From a virus, in IMG/VR virus record IMGVR_UViG_3300044655_002046: a stretch of 64,000 nt of DNA; one strand, given 5' to 3'. The position numbers were made by a program, and so were the translations under genes. This document shows positions 46,647 through 54,953 of this stretch, piece after piece; within the stretch, counting starts at the first letter, position 1; each line of letters starts with the position of its first letter. The notes under the pieces were generated by a model. It ran no database searches and was not told the DNA's origin. It saw only the letters and a program-made list of their open reading frames with translations.

Positions 46647-46893
46647 ACATGTCACAGAGCGGGCCGCCTTATTCAATAAGTTGCGCCTTCTGGGTATCAA
46701 GAGTATCGTCGTCTACTACTGGCACGATAATCAGCAACCCTGTCTCCTAGCGCCCCTCTATAATTCTGACGTTACTGACACGTACATGATATCCGCTAAC
46801 TTTAATATCGAGGAGACTAAATTGATCTGGAGTATTGCGCGCAATCTACTGCCCGATAATTCTCAAGAAGGACACATCACTATTGTCGTTTAA
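46630..46893 (+). CDS. hypothetical protein
   Basis: 87-aa ORF, AGGAG RBS. Confidence 0.5.
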   Translation: MQTQNKHVTERAALFNKLRLLGIKSIVVYYWHDNQQPCLLAPLYNSDVTDTYMISANFNIEETKLIWSIARNLLPDNSQEGHITIVV

Positions 46894-47061
46894 TCCGTAT
46901 GAATATTAAGAATCTAGCGTACTGGTACCTATTAATTGGGACCTCCTATGGTCTTACTGAACGTACTATTGACCTCGCTAAACAGGGGTTCACTCCTCTG
47001 GAGATAGGTACAATTGCCGTCATAGTCTTCACTCTAGTATGTATCATCTTCGTGCGTCCCT

Positions 47062-48153
47062 ATGACTAATAGTCTATCTAATGAACATAGGCCCCGCCGA
47101 CTAGCTGACTATGTAGGTGGCGGATTAGCCGTCTCTCTAGTTAAGACTCTTATCAGCAGGAATCTACATAGCTCAGCAGGTAATAATGTTTACTCGGCAG
47201 GGAGTATGTTAATGTGGGGCCCGCCTGGTTGCGGTAAGACTACACTAGCTCTACTATATGCTCGTAGCACTCTCTGTCCTAACCGTGAGTCTGGTAGCTG
47301 GGAGGGCTGCGGTGAGTGCCCTGTATGTCTGGGTACTGATACTACTAACATCTATCACTATACTATCAGTAGCCCCGCTGAGGCCCGGCCTCATATAGAG
47401 CGCTTCTTGGATATAGCCTATGCCAGTCCTGTAATAGTAGGGGATAGAGAGGATCAGTATCGCCAGTTCATCATCCTCGATGAATTCCAGCGTATCAGCC
47501 CTGAGCTGGCATCTCTACTACTAGAGGCCATTGAGTTCGGGCCCAATCATACCAGTTGGATCCTCTGCACTATGGATAAGCAGAAGCTAATGGCCAATAA
47601 GGCGACGAGCCAGGCCATAGAGCGACGTTGCCTAGAGGTGCCACTGTCTAATCCCCCTATTGATGATATGGCAGGGCGTATTTGTGATATAATGCACATA
47701 GAGCTGGAGGCAGCTCAGGCCCTCGTTAAGTTGGCTGGTAGCGCCGGTAGAGCATGGTCTCTCCTGGAACGACTACTACTAGTTAATCCAGTAGAGGACA
47801 TCACCTATGACCTAGTTTATGATGAACTGGCAGGTGGCGCTACTATAGAGGGCCGAGCTGCATTCTGGAGGGCCCTGGCCCTTGGTGATGTGAGAGCTGT
47901 CCGCGCTTATATCAATATGTGGCGACTCGACGTTAATGGAGAGATAATCGCAGGCCTTCTAGTAGAGGATATCATTAATAGAATTACTGGACCTAATCCC
48001 TCTATAGAACGACTACTTGCTGACCTGGCTCGCTGGTGGGGTAATAAGTCATATCCACTGGAGGCCGTTCTACTAGCTCACCTAGGCACTAGTGTGGCGC
48101 GCCCCACACCCCTGTTATTAACTCAAGGTATGGGGCTGGAGTGGCTACAGTGA
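47062..48153 (+). CDS. dnaX: clamp loader, DNA pol III gamma/tau-like AAA+ ATPase
   Basis: HRPRRLAD, GPPGCGKTT, C..CGECPVC zinc module, IILDEFQ, IERRC. Confidence 0.88.
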   Translation: MTNSLSNEHRPRRLADYVGGGLAVSLVKTLISRNLHSSAGNNVYSAGSMLMWGPPGCGKTTLALLYARSTLCPNRESGSWEGCGECPVCLGTDTTNIYHYTISSPAEARPHIERFLDIAYASPVIVGDREDQYRQFIILDEFQRISPELASLLLEAIEFGPNHTSWILCTMDKQKLMANKATSQAIERRCLEVPLSNPPIDDMAGRICDIMHIELEAAQALVKLAGSAGRAWSLLERLLLVNPVEDITYDLVYDELAGGATIEGRAAFWRALALGDVRAVRAYINMWRLDVNGEIIAGLLVEDIINRITGPNPSIERLLADLARWWGNKSYPLEAVLLAHLGTSVARPTPLLLTQGMGLEWLQ

Positions 48154-48827
48154 TATATTTGACTACTACACCTGTCACTCTACTCAACTATCACTTGCAG
48201 CAGCAGGGCATTACCCCTCTAGTAGGGCACGATGCATCCTGTCTCGAGTGGGGTAACTTCCTAGAGCCAGTAGTGGTTATATGGGAGCGGCCCCCCACTA
48301 TTAATCGCGTAACACAGGTAGAGGGTAACACTGCCTATCTCGTCTTCGATAAGATACCGGCTGCATGGGTCGCTCGCGGTACAAGTTATGAGGTAGACCC
48401 CAATCAGTATCAGGCTATCCTGAATAAGGTAGGGGGCGTACTCACACAGCAGGGGCGCCTTAATCTATGGCGGGCCTATCATATGGCCCCTCGTCGCCTG
48501 GGAGCAGAGCTATTAATACTCAGTCTGCTCTATAAGGAGACTGGAAAGCCAGTAGATTGGACCGAGCCTAGCACTCGTAGTAGCCGGGTGCGTCTGGGCA
48601 GCGGGGCCCGTCACCTACCTAACCTAGATAGTGAGGTATATGCAGCACTCATGTCTAATAGCCGCACTGATAGTATCGGCGTCGCTATAGAGAGAGTAGC
48701 TGCCTGTGTTAGAGCAGGAGGTACTCGCTCTACCTGGCTGGCACTAGCACTAGAGGAGTGGATAGCTAGAGTGGGGCCCTCCCCATCAGAAGACGACCTC
48801 GTCTTTCTTGACACATTACTGAACTAG
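48141..48827 (+). CDS. hypothetical protein, possible clamp-loader delta-like subunit
   Basis: Coupled to dnaX; context only. Confidence 0.35.
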   Translation: MATVIYLTTTPVTLLNYHLQQQGITPLVGHDASCLEWGNFLEPVVVIWERPPTINRVTQVEGNTAYLVFDKIPAAWVARGTSYEVDPNQYQAILNKVGGVLTQQGRLNLWRAYHMAPRRLGAELLILSLLYKETGKPVDWTEPSTRSSRVRLGSGARHLPNLDSEVYAALMSNSRTDSIGVAIERVAACVRAGGTRSTWLALALEEWIARVGPSPSEDDLVFLDTLLN

Positions 48828-48927
48828 GTGAGTCTATCTTACCTAGCGTCTGGACTGCGGCTCGGCCGTGTCTATAAGGTTACTGGTTCACCTAAACCAG
48901 ATATACACTACATACAACTACACGAAT

Positions 48928-50088
48928 ATGTCTGACTTATTAGTTAATGTCGATAACAGTTATCTTGATTTAGCTAGTGAACTGAATATTGATATCAATA
49001 GCATCACTGATAATATTGATATCAATACGAAGAATAGCCTCAATACGTTTTTTACCTCGTTGCCTAAGGACGTCGTCGTCCGCCGTCTCAATAGCGCTAG
49101 TTATCAAGATAGCCAGGAGTTGCGCTGGCCCTATCCAGGTCAGGATAACCCGAAGTTATTCGAGCAGTTCGAGGGTGTGAATGGTGTGATTGTGCAACTA
49201 CAGGGCGTAATACTACAGCACCAGGCGCAGCTAGACCATAGCTACTGGGATGAAGCTAGTAGTAAATACGTGCGCTTCTGTAATAGTGTGGGATATAAGC
49301 GCACCTACCCGGATGGCGTTAAGCTAATCCAGGGCCTCCCTGAGAACGTGTGTCTCAAGGGCGTAACTGAATACGGAGATCCACCTAATCGTCCTCTACC
49401 TATTATCGATAAGCTAGGCCTAATTGGTAAGAAGGGTATGACCTGCGGTGATTGTATTCGCGCAGGCCTGCACAATCAAGAGGTAGAGGGTAAGGATCGC
49501 CCTGTTACCTGTAGCCCAACGGGCCAGCTTATCTTCTATGTTACAGGCTTCACCACTCGTGTGCTGTCCAATAAGGGTGGTAAGGTTACATCTACCTTCA
49601 TTGATTATACAGTGAAGGAGCTCATGGATGATACTGGCTTTATCTTAATCATTCCCCTCAAGGCGAAGTCTACTCGCCGTGGTATCTGGGATGCCCCATC
49701 TAAACAGTGGACTAGTGTTGGTTATGAGGCTATGGTCAATAATCTCATCTACAAGCATAGCAAGGACTTCGATAATGCCCCTGCGGGCAAGCGCGAGATT
49801 ATTGCAATGAAGATGAGTCCTTATTTTCAGACCATTATCATTAGTATCGTACCGCCTAATCTCGAAGATAAGAATCCCAAGGCATCTCTAAACTTCGCAG
49901 TCAAGGAGGTTCCTGACTTAGGGGCTATTAAGGCAGCGCGCCAGTACTGGCAGCAGATTAACCCTGCTGGTGAGATTAATGTTCTTAATGAGGACAACTT
50001 TCGCAACACAAAGAATACTGATCTCTGTACTGCGCAAATTGTAGAAGAAGAAACAATTGAAATTAATGGGAATCCCTGGGCCGAATGA
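48928..50088 (+). CDS. hypothetical replication protein, SSB-like acidic C-tail
   Basis: Ends VEEETIEINGNPWAE; CGDC...C motifs; lies in the replication module. Confidence 0.5.
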   Translation: MSDLLVNVDNSYLDLASELNIDINSITDNIDINTKNSLNTFFTSLPKDVVVRRLNSASYQDSQELRWPYPGQDNPKLFEQFEGVNGVIVQLQGVILQHQAQLDHSYWDEASSKYVRFCNSVGYKRTYPDGVKLIQGLPENVCLKGVTEYGDPPNRPLPIIDKLGLIGKKGMTCGDCIRAGLHNQEVEGKDRPVTCSPTGQLIFYVTGFTTRVLSNKGGKVTSTFIDYTVKELMDDTGFILIIPLKAKSTRRGIWDAPSKQWTSVGYEAMVNNLIYKHSKDFDNAPAGKREIIAMKMSPYFQTIIISIVPPNLEDKNPKASLNFAVKEVPDLGAIKAARQYWQQINPAGEINVLNEDNFRNTKNTDLCTAQIVEEETIEINGNPWAE

Positions 50089-51527
50089 TAATACGAGTAG
50101 ATGGTAACTGGGCCTATATACCAGAACTACTGCCAGGCTGTCATAGACATCTCTGTGCAGTGCTAGACGTAGAAGAAGCCCGCTCTATAGCAGGTATTCT
50201 TCCTATTGAACCTCTAGCTATACCCGCCCATTACCCTCTCTACTACCCAGATAGGCAGGGGGGCCGTCGCTTATTGGCGGGCCTCCTCCCCCTCTACATG
50301 GAGTTATTACGTCGGGCCGGCCATACTGCGACTCTAGAGTTACTCTCTCAACCAACGCTACTCGATCCTGATGTAGACGCCAGACTACGCCCCGACCAAC
50401 GAGAGGCAATAGCTAGTATATTATGGGGCTGTCGAGGCTACGTACGGGCTGCTACTGGTTATGGGAAGAGCGCTGTTATAGCTACGCTGATGAAGTACTT
50501 CGAGGCCCGACGACTCATAGTAGTACCCACCGTGCGTCTACTCTACCAGATGGCAGAGGATGTACAGGAGTGGGCGGGCCTCTCACCTGGGCTAGTAGGA
50601 GATGGTAATGATGATATTAGAGCTATGACTATCGCTACCGTAGATACTCTCTATGAGCGCATTAAACGGAGTGATAAGCGCTATATAGAATGGCTCTCTA
50701 GCATTGAGATCGCCGTGTTCGATGAGGCGCATACCTATATGAACGCAAGTGGTATCACTACTGCTCTGTCATTAGACAACGCGCGTTATAAGATTGGCAT
50801 GACTGCCACACCTACAAGCAAAAAGATGATGGAGGCTATATTCGGCCCCCTTCTCGGAGAGTATCAGGAAACTACTCTCATCGAGAGAGGCGTTATCATG
50901 CAGCCTAAGTTCGAGTTCTATCCCGCTCCTCCCGGTGTAGTAACGCGCGGCTCATTTGATAAGCCCTTTACTCCGTGGCTATATAATCAGCTATACGATA
51001 ACGTCATAGTTAATAATAGAGCCCGCAATGCGCTTATAGCGAAGCACGCGCGTCGGTTGATAAGTGAAGGCTATGGGCCTGTGCTTATCCTAGTACGTAA
51101 GGTAGGTACTACTAGTAAGAAGAAGAATCCTACTAGCCAAGCCCTTAATATACTGACTGAGCTAGAGGCGCTGGGTATATCTCTACCTATTATTCATGGT
51201 AAGAGCTCTAACATAACAGACGTACTAGACCAGCTGTCAGCGGGCTCTATATCTGGCGCTATAGCCAGTGAGGGTATCCTGAGCCTAGGTGTGAGTATAC
51301 GCTCTATTGGTAGTATAATCATGGCCGCCGGCGGTAAGGGAGGAGTAGACGGTGTATCTATGATTCAAAAGGTGGGCCGGGCCTTACGCCTTAAAGAGGG
51401 TAAGCGTAACCCACCTATAATTGACTTCGTGGATCCTCAGGGCTGGTTCCACTCTCAGAGTGAGACGCGCATTAGAATAGCGACTGATACATACGGCGGT
51501 GATCACGTTACTGTATTCACTACTTGA
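50085..51527 (+). CDS. SF2 helicase (UvsW-like)
   Basis: LRPDQ, ATGYGKS, FDEAH, GMTATP, QKVGRALR. Confidence 0.92.
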   Translation: MIIRVDGNWAYIPELLPGCHRHLCAVLDVEEARSIAGILPIEPLAIPAHYPLYYPDRQGGRRLLAGLLPLYMELLRRAGHTATLELLSQPTLLDPDVDARLRPDQREAIASILWGCRGYVRAATGYGKSAVIATLMKYFEARRLIVVPTVRLLYQMAEDVQEWAGLSPGLVGDGNDDIRAMTIATVDTLYERIKRSDKRYIEWLSSIEIAVFDEAHTYMNASGITTALSLDNARYKIGMTATPTSKKMMEAIFGPLLGEYQETTLIERGVIMQPKFEFYPAPPGVVTRGSFDKPFTPWLYNQLYDNVIVNNRARNALIAKHARRLISEGYGPVLILVRKVGTTSKKKNPTSQALNILTELEALGISLPIIHGKSSNITDVLDQLSAGSISGAIASEGILSLGVSIRSIGSIIMAAGGKGGVDGVSMIQKVGRALRLKEGKRNPPIIDFVDPQGWFHSQSETRIRIATDTYGGDHVTVFTT

Positions 51528-51537
51528 TACTAGCTTC

Positions 51538-51801
51538 CTAGCATGCCCATGCCCGGCGGGCCTTACATAAGCGCTTGTTAGGTGTCTTGCGACAGTCTAT
51601 ATCGTGCATATCCGCCTGACCTGCGCTACGCGCACAGAAGCTCTTGCGGCGGGCCGCATCCGCCTTGTTCTTGGGATTAGGAGCAGGGGGCTTCAGGTTA
51701 GAGCCAGTAGCGCGATTATAATCAGCGCGGCCCTTAGCTGTTAGCCCTCCGTCTGGATCCTTGTGCTCTTTCTTAAAAGTGAAGCTCTTCTTCTTAGCCA
51801 T
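51538..51801 (-). CDS. DUF6321-like small basic cyanophage protein
   Basis: KDPDGGLTAKGR..YN...GSNLKPP...RRKSFCAR. Confidence 0.7.
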   Translation of the reverse strand: MAKKKSFTFKKEHKDPDGGLTAKGRADYNRATGSNLKPPAPNPKNKADAARRKSFCARSAGQADMHDIDCRKTPNKRLCKARRAWAC

Positions 51802-51827
51802 AGTTATTAACAGACATTAGAAATTGT

Positions 51828-52330
51828 GTTAGAATTAATCTCAATCCCTAGTAGGGTTTGAGATTCACCATTATCATACTCAACGTAATTGGTTAATAGT
51901 AGGTGTTATTGTGTATTAGTTTTAAACCCTACTAGAGATTGAAACTGATTGAATTATGGTAGATTCCCAATCCGAATATTGATAAGATAACTTTTTATTT
52001 AGGAGACACAAAGTGATTACTGCAAAACAATTAAAAGAGTTTTTGGCGACCGTTGAAGACAATGCGCTTATTTTTATAGGGAAAAGCGGAGGGATGTCTT
52101 ATGGTTGCCAAGATTTTATGGTTAAGAAGGAATTGTTTATAGAGAAAGAAGACCAGTTTCTTGATTCTCTAATTTGGGACCACGACTTCGATGACGAAGA
52201 AATTGAAAAGCTTGAGAAGGAAGCTATCGAGCGACAAGCTGTCTATTTACAATACTACCCAGATTGGGGAGAAGATTAAATATTAAGGAAAAAGAAACAA
52301 TTAAGTTTAAGCTTTATTAGGGATTGAAAC
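51828..52330 (+). CRISPR. cas-less CRISPR repeat copies: mini-array (51828-51864, 44-nt spacer, 51909-51945) plus third copy 52294-52330
   Basis: All three 37-mers align to the cyanobacterial repeat GTTCCAATTAATCTTAAACCCTATTAGGGATTGAAAC (recalled from memory); two end in ATTGAAAC. Confidence 0.75.
52013..52279 (+). CDS. small acidic protein between CRISPR repeats
   Basis: 88 aa, D/E-rich, AGGAG RBS. Confidence 0.65.
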   Translation: MITAKQLKEFLATVEDNALIFIGKSGGMSYGCQDFMVKKELFIEKEDQFLDSLIWDHDFDDEEIEKLEKEAIERQAVYLQYYPDWGED

Positions 52331-52342
52331 TGATACTAAACA

Positions 52343-52648
52343 ATGAATCAAACGCAACTAGATAAAAAGATCGATCAATTTCTAAGAAAGAAATTAACCA
52401 AAGCAGAACTAAAAGAGATGGGAATAAAACCACACTCTTTAATCTTAACAATACGCAATCTTATCGAAAGGTATCTATCTATTATTTGGACTAATCTTAA
52501 AGAAGATGTTCCTTATGGATGGGAGCAATTTTTTGAATGTTTTCGTTTATGGCAAGAATTAATATTTGAGAAAGACTGTACTAATTCTTGCAAAGGAATG
52601 TTTTTCTGGTTTCTTAGTGATAAGCAATGGTATCTTGGCAATGAATAA
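52343..52648 (+). CDS. host-like hypothetical protein
   Basis: 101-aa ORF immediately after the third repeat. Confidence 0.55.
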   Translation: MNQTQLDKKIDQFLRKKLTKAELKEMGIKPHSLILTIRNLIERYLSIIWTNLKEDVPYGWEQFFECFRLWQELIFEKDCTNSCKGMFFWFLSDKQWYLGNE

Positions 52649-52688
52649 ACATTAAAACTTTATATGTAAAATTAATCGGAGTCACGAT

Positions 52689-53210
52689 ATGTTTTATGTA
52701 GAACTGTTAAATTCTTGCTATTCTTACTCTTCTATTCAAGACAGTCAGTCAGAAGAACCTGTTGAAAACTATCCTCAACAGAGTCAAGGACTTTTCAGTG
52801 ATATTAATAAAAACCGTCAAACTCAAAAAGGATTAGAAGGTTATTTACAAACCTTTCTAAATATTTGGAATCGAGAATTAGAGCCTGATGGTGAATTTAG
52901 TTGGCAGATTATTCGGTTTCAGTTTAAAGAAACAAAAAGTTTTATGTTAGCCATTGTTTTCTCTACGCAAGAGTACGGAGAAAAACCTCAACCCGTTTCT
53001 GAACTAGAACAAGAGCAACGAATAGAATCTCTTAATCAACTAATAAAACAGAAAAATGATTTAGTTTGTTCAGTTTCTGATACAGAAATTATCATTATTA
53101 AGCGCAATGAACAAAGACTATGGACTTGTAGTATGGCGCGTAAAGACGCAGGAGAGGCAATGCTTCAACTTCTTAATTTGCAAGAATCTCAAAAGAATCA
53201 AAAACCATGA
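52689..53210 (+). CDS. C-terminal fragment of a type IIG-like R-M methyltransferase
   Basis: IIIIKRNEQRLWTCSMARKDA resembles IIKPxExRxWxxSxAxxDA tails of N6-MTase/IIG enzymes; no catalytic motifs. Confidence 0.5.
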   Translation: MFYVELLNSCYSYSSIQDSQSEEPVENYPQQSQGLFSDINKNRQTQKGLEGYLQTFLNIWNRELEPDGEFSWQIIRFQFKETKSFMLAIVFSTQEYGEKPQPVSELEQEQRIESLNQLIKQKNDLVCSVSDTEIIIIKRNEQRLWTCSMARKDAGEAMLQLLNLQESQKNQKP

Positions 53211-53239
53211 TTGACAGGCATTAAGAATTATGGTAAGAT
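53211..53239 (+). promoter_or_regulatory. sigma70-type promoter for tRNA-Tyr
   Basis: TTGACA-N17-TAAGAT with extended TG. Confidence 0.8.
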
Positions 53240-53251
53240 AAATCTAAACAA

Positions 53252-53333
53252 GGGTTAGTGGCCGAGTAGTCGAAGGCGACAGACTGTAAATCTGTAGAGT
53301 AATTCCACGCTGGTGCAAATCCAGCCTAACCCA
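53252..53333 (+). tRNA. trnY: tRNA-Tyr (GTA)
   Basis: Acceptor GGGTTAG/CTAACCC; anticodon arm ACAGA-ctGTAaa-TCTGT; long variable arm; T arm GCTGG-TGCAAAT-CCAGC; CCA not encoded. Confidence 0.92.
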
Positions 53334-53362
53334 CTAAAAATAATAACCATAGGAGTAAATCA

Positions 53363-53635
53363 ATGGACAAAACAATTACAGTTTATGTCACAAAATACGC
53401 TTTGACAAGTGGCATTATAAAGTGCAATGGAAAAATCTGCCATGGGGTATTTTCCCCGGATAATCCCCGTAAATTTAATATGTTAATGCTAGACGGATTT
53501 ACCTCAAAAGAGTACGTGCTAACGGAAACAGAAGCTCAAAAAGTCTTTGAAGAAAAGAGACTTAAAGCAATTAAACAAACTGAAAGAAAACTTGAAAAAC
53601 TGAAGAATCTAAAAATGCAACTCAATGAGTATTAA
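53363..53635 (+). CDS. hypothetical phage protein
   Basis: VYVTKYALTSGI motif; RBS module ataaccataggagtaaat shared with 1642. Confidence 0.65.
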   Translation: MDKTITVYVTKYALTSGIIKCNGKICHGVFSPDNPRKFNMLMLDGFTSKEYVLTETEAQKVFEEKRLKAIKQTERKLEKLKNLKMQLNEY

Positions 53636-53676
53636 ATGAATTTATTAACTCGTGACTGGTGGCATAATTTAATAGG

Positions 53677-53874
53677 TACTAGAGACGGGAATTGAACCCG
53701 CAAAACTTAATTAAATCTACTCCTGACGAAACGCCCTTCCCTCACTCAATCTTTGCCAAGTTCGGTGGATTCGCAAATTTCAGTTTTGAAACAAAAAACA
53801 AAGGTATTTTTTGCATTAAGTCCCTTTTCGGTTGAAGGCTACGTTTCAGCCTTTAGCTACCAAGCTACTCTAGT
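53677..53874 (-). ncRNA. ~200-nt structured RNA with tRNA-like ends
   Basis: Acceptor ACTAGAG/CTCTAGT plus A; canonical T arm GCGGG-TTCAATT-CCCGT; internal hairpin AAGGCT/AGCCTT; promoter at the 5' end. Confidence 0.72.
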
Positions 53875-53880
53875 ATTTCA

Positions 53881-53909
53881 ATTTTATCAGAGACTTCTAA
53901 AATTGTCAA
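53881..53909 (-). promoter_or_regulatory. sigma70-type promoter for the tRNA-like RNA
   Basis: TTGACA-N17-TAAAAT with TG; predicted +1 near 53874. Confidence 0.82.
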
Positions 53910-53926
53910 TCCTTGCATGACTACTT

Positions 53927-54514
53927 ATGTTCTTTATTATTATTCATGGTCTAAGTGGCTCAGGTAAGACTGAAGCCTCTAAGTGTTTATCTGAGTTACT
54001 GGGGGTTGAAGAGATACATCCTATAGCCCCGTGGAAGCGCTTCACAGAGAAGTACTATGAATTGCCAGAGGGGGCCCTTGATACAACAGAATACAAGGAG
54101 TATACGCCCAATGGTATGAATATAACCATGAATCAGTTTATGGTTAACCTCTATCACTTCATGAGAGAGAACGACCCCTACTTCTCTAGTCGCATGATGC
54201 GGACTGAGATACGGCGCCATATCAGCAAGGGTATACCTACTCTTCTATTGTCCCTACGCAACCTAGAGGAGGTAGAGGTAATAGAGAGTATGCTATCTAC
54301 ATTGATTAATAGATGTTGTATAGTAATCAATATAAGCCGCTCGTCTGAGCAGGTACTGAGTAGTGATGTTAACTATCAGGCTATTAAAGACCGTCTGGCT
54401 CGCCTTAATGGGGCGGGCGTTCATTATATAGACATAGTTAATGACTACCGCAGAGTATCAGACTTGAAGAAGGCACTAGAGAGATTGCTTAAGATTTATG
54501 TCAATACTAGATAA
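53927..54514 (+). CDS. deoxynucleoside monophosphate kinase-like P-loop protein
   Basis: IIIHGLSGSGKT at the N-terminus; nucleotide-metabolism context. Confidence 0.6.
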   Translation: MFFIIIHGLSGSGKTEASKCLSELLGVEEIHPIAPWKRFTEKYYELPEGALDTTEYKEYTPNGMNITMNQFMVNLYHFMRENDPYFSSRMMRTEIRRHISKGIPTLLLSLRNLEEVEVIESMLSTLINRCCIVINISRSSEQVLSSDVNYQAIKDRLARLNGAGVHYIDIVNDYRRVSDLKKALERLLKIYVNTR

Positions 54515-54953
54515 TAGGCCGTGGTACTACGTTATATATAAGGGCCCCGATTCTTATATAGGTGTGACTGATTATCTCGCGGCCGTGGCGTATGATAATC
54601 GGACTAGTCTAAGTTTTATGACGCAGCGGAGTAGATTACTCAACTACTTGAAGAAGGGTCGCGCAGATTACAAGACCAGTATTCGCCTAGCCCTCGCTAT
54701 CAAGCCCGCCAGTGTGGCAGGTTATGGTAACTATCTAGTAAGACAGAGGGGACACCTATCAGTTATTGAGCGGTGTGATGTTAGTACTCCTCATAGTCAT
54801 AAGCATTTGAAGTCCGCGCGGATCGAGCTGATTAGCTACCTCGAGGGCGAGATGAACCGATGGAGTAAAACAATTAGGACTATACGGAGATTAGATGCAG
54901 ATAACATTCAACGGCCCCTACCAGATGCTACTGGGCCCGGCAGGGAGTGGTAA
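54498..54953 (+). CDS. hypothetical protein
   Basis: 151-aa ORF overlapping its neighbours. Confidence 0.55.
   Translation: MSILDNRPWYYVIYKGPDSYIGVTDYLAAVAYDNRTSLSFMTQRSRLLNYLKKGRADYKTSIRLALAIKPASVAGYGNYLVRQRGHLSVIERCDVSTPHSHKHLKSARIELISYLEGEMNRWSKTIRTIRRLDADNIQRPLPDATGPGREW

Noticed and set aside
53722-53735. Hammerhead ribozyme (CTGACGAAAC on +)
   Set aside because: No stem II between CUGANGA and GAAA; better explained by the minus-strand RNA.
53677-53874. Standard tmRNA or intron-containing tRNA-Leu
   Set aside because: No G3.U70 or GGGG 5' end, too short, no group I core, no matching 3' anticodon stem.
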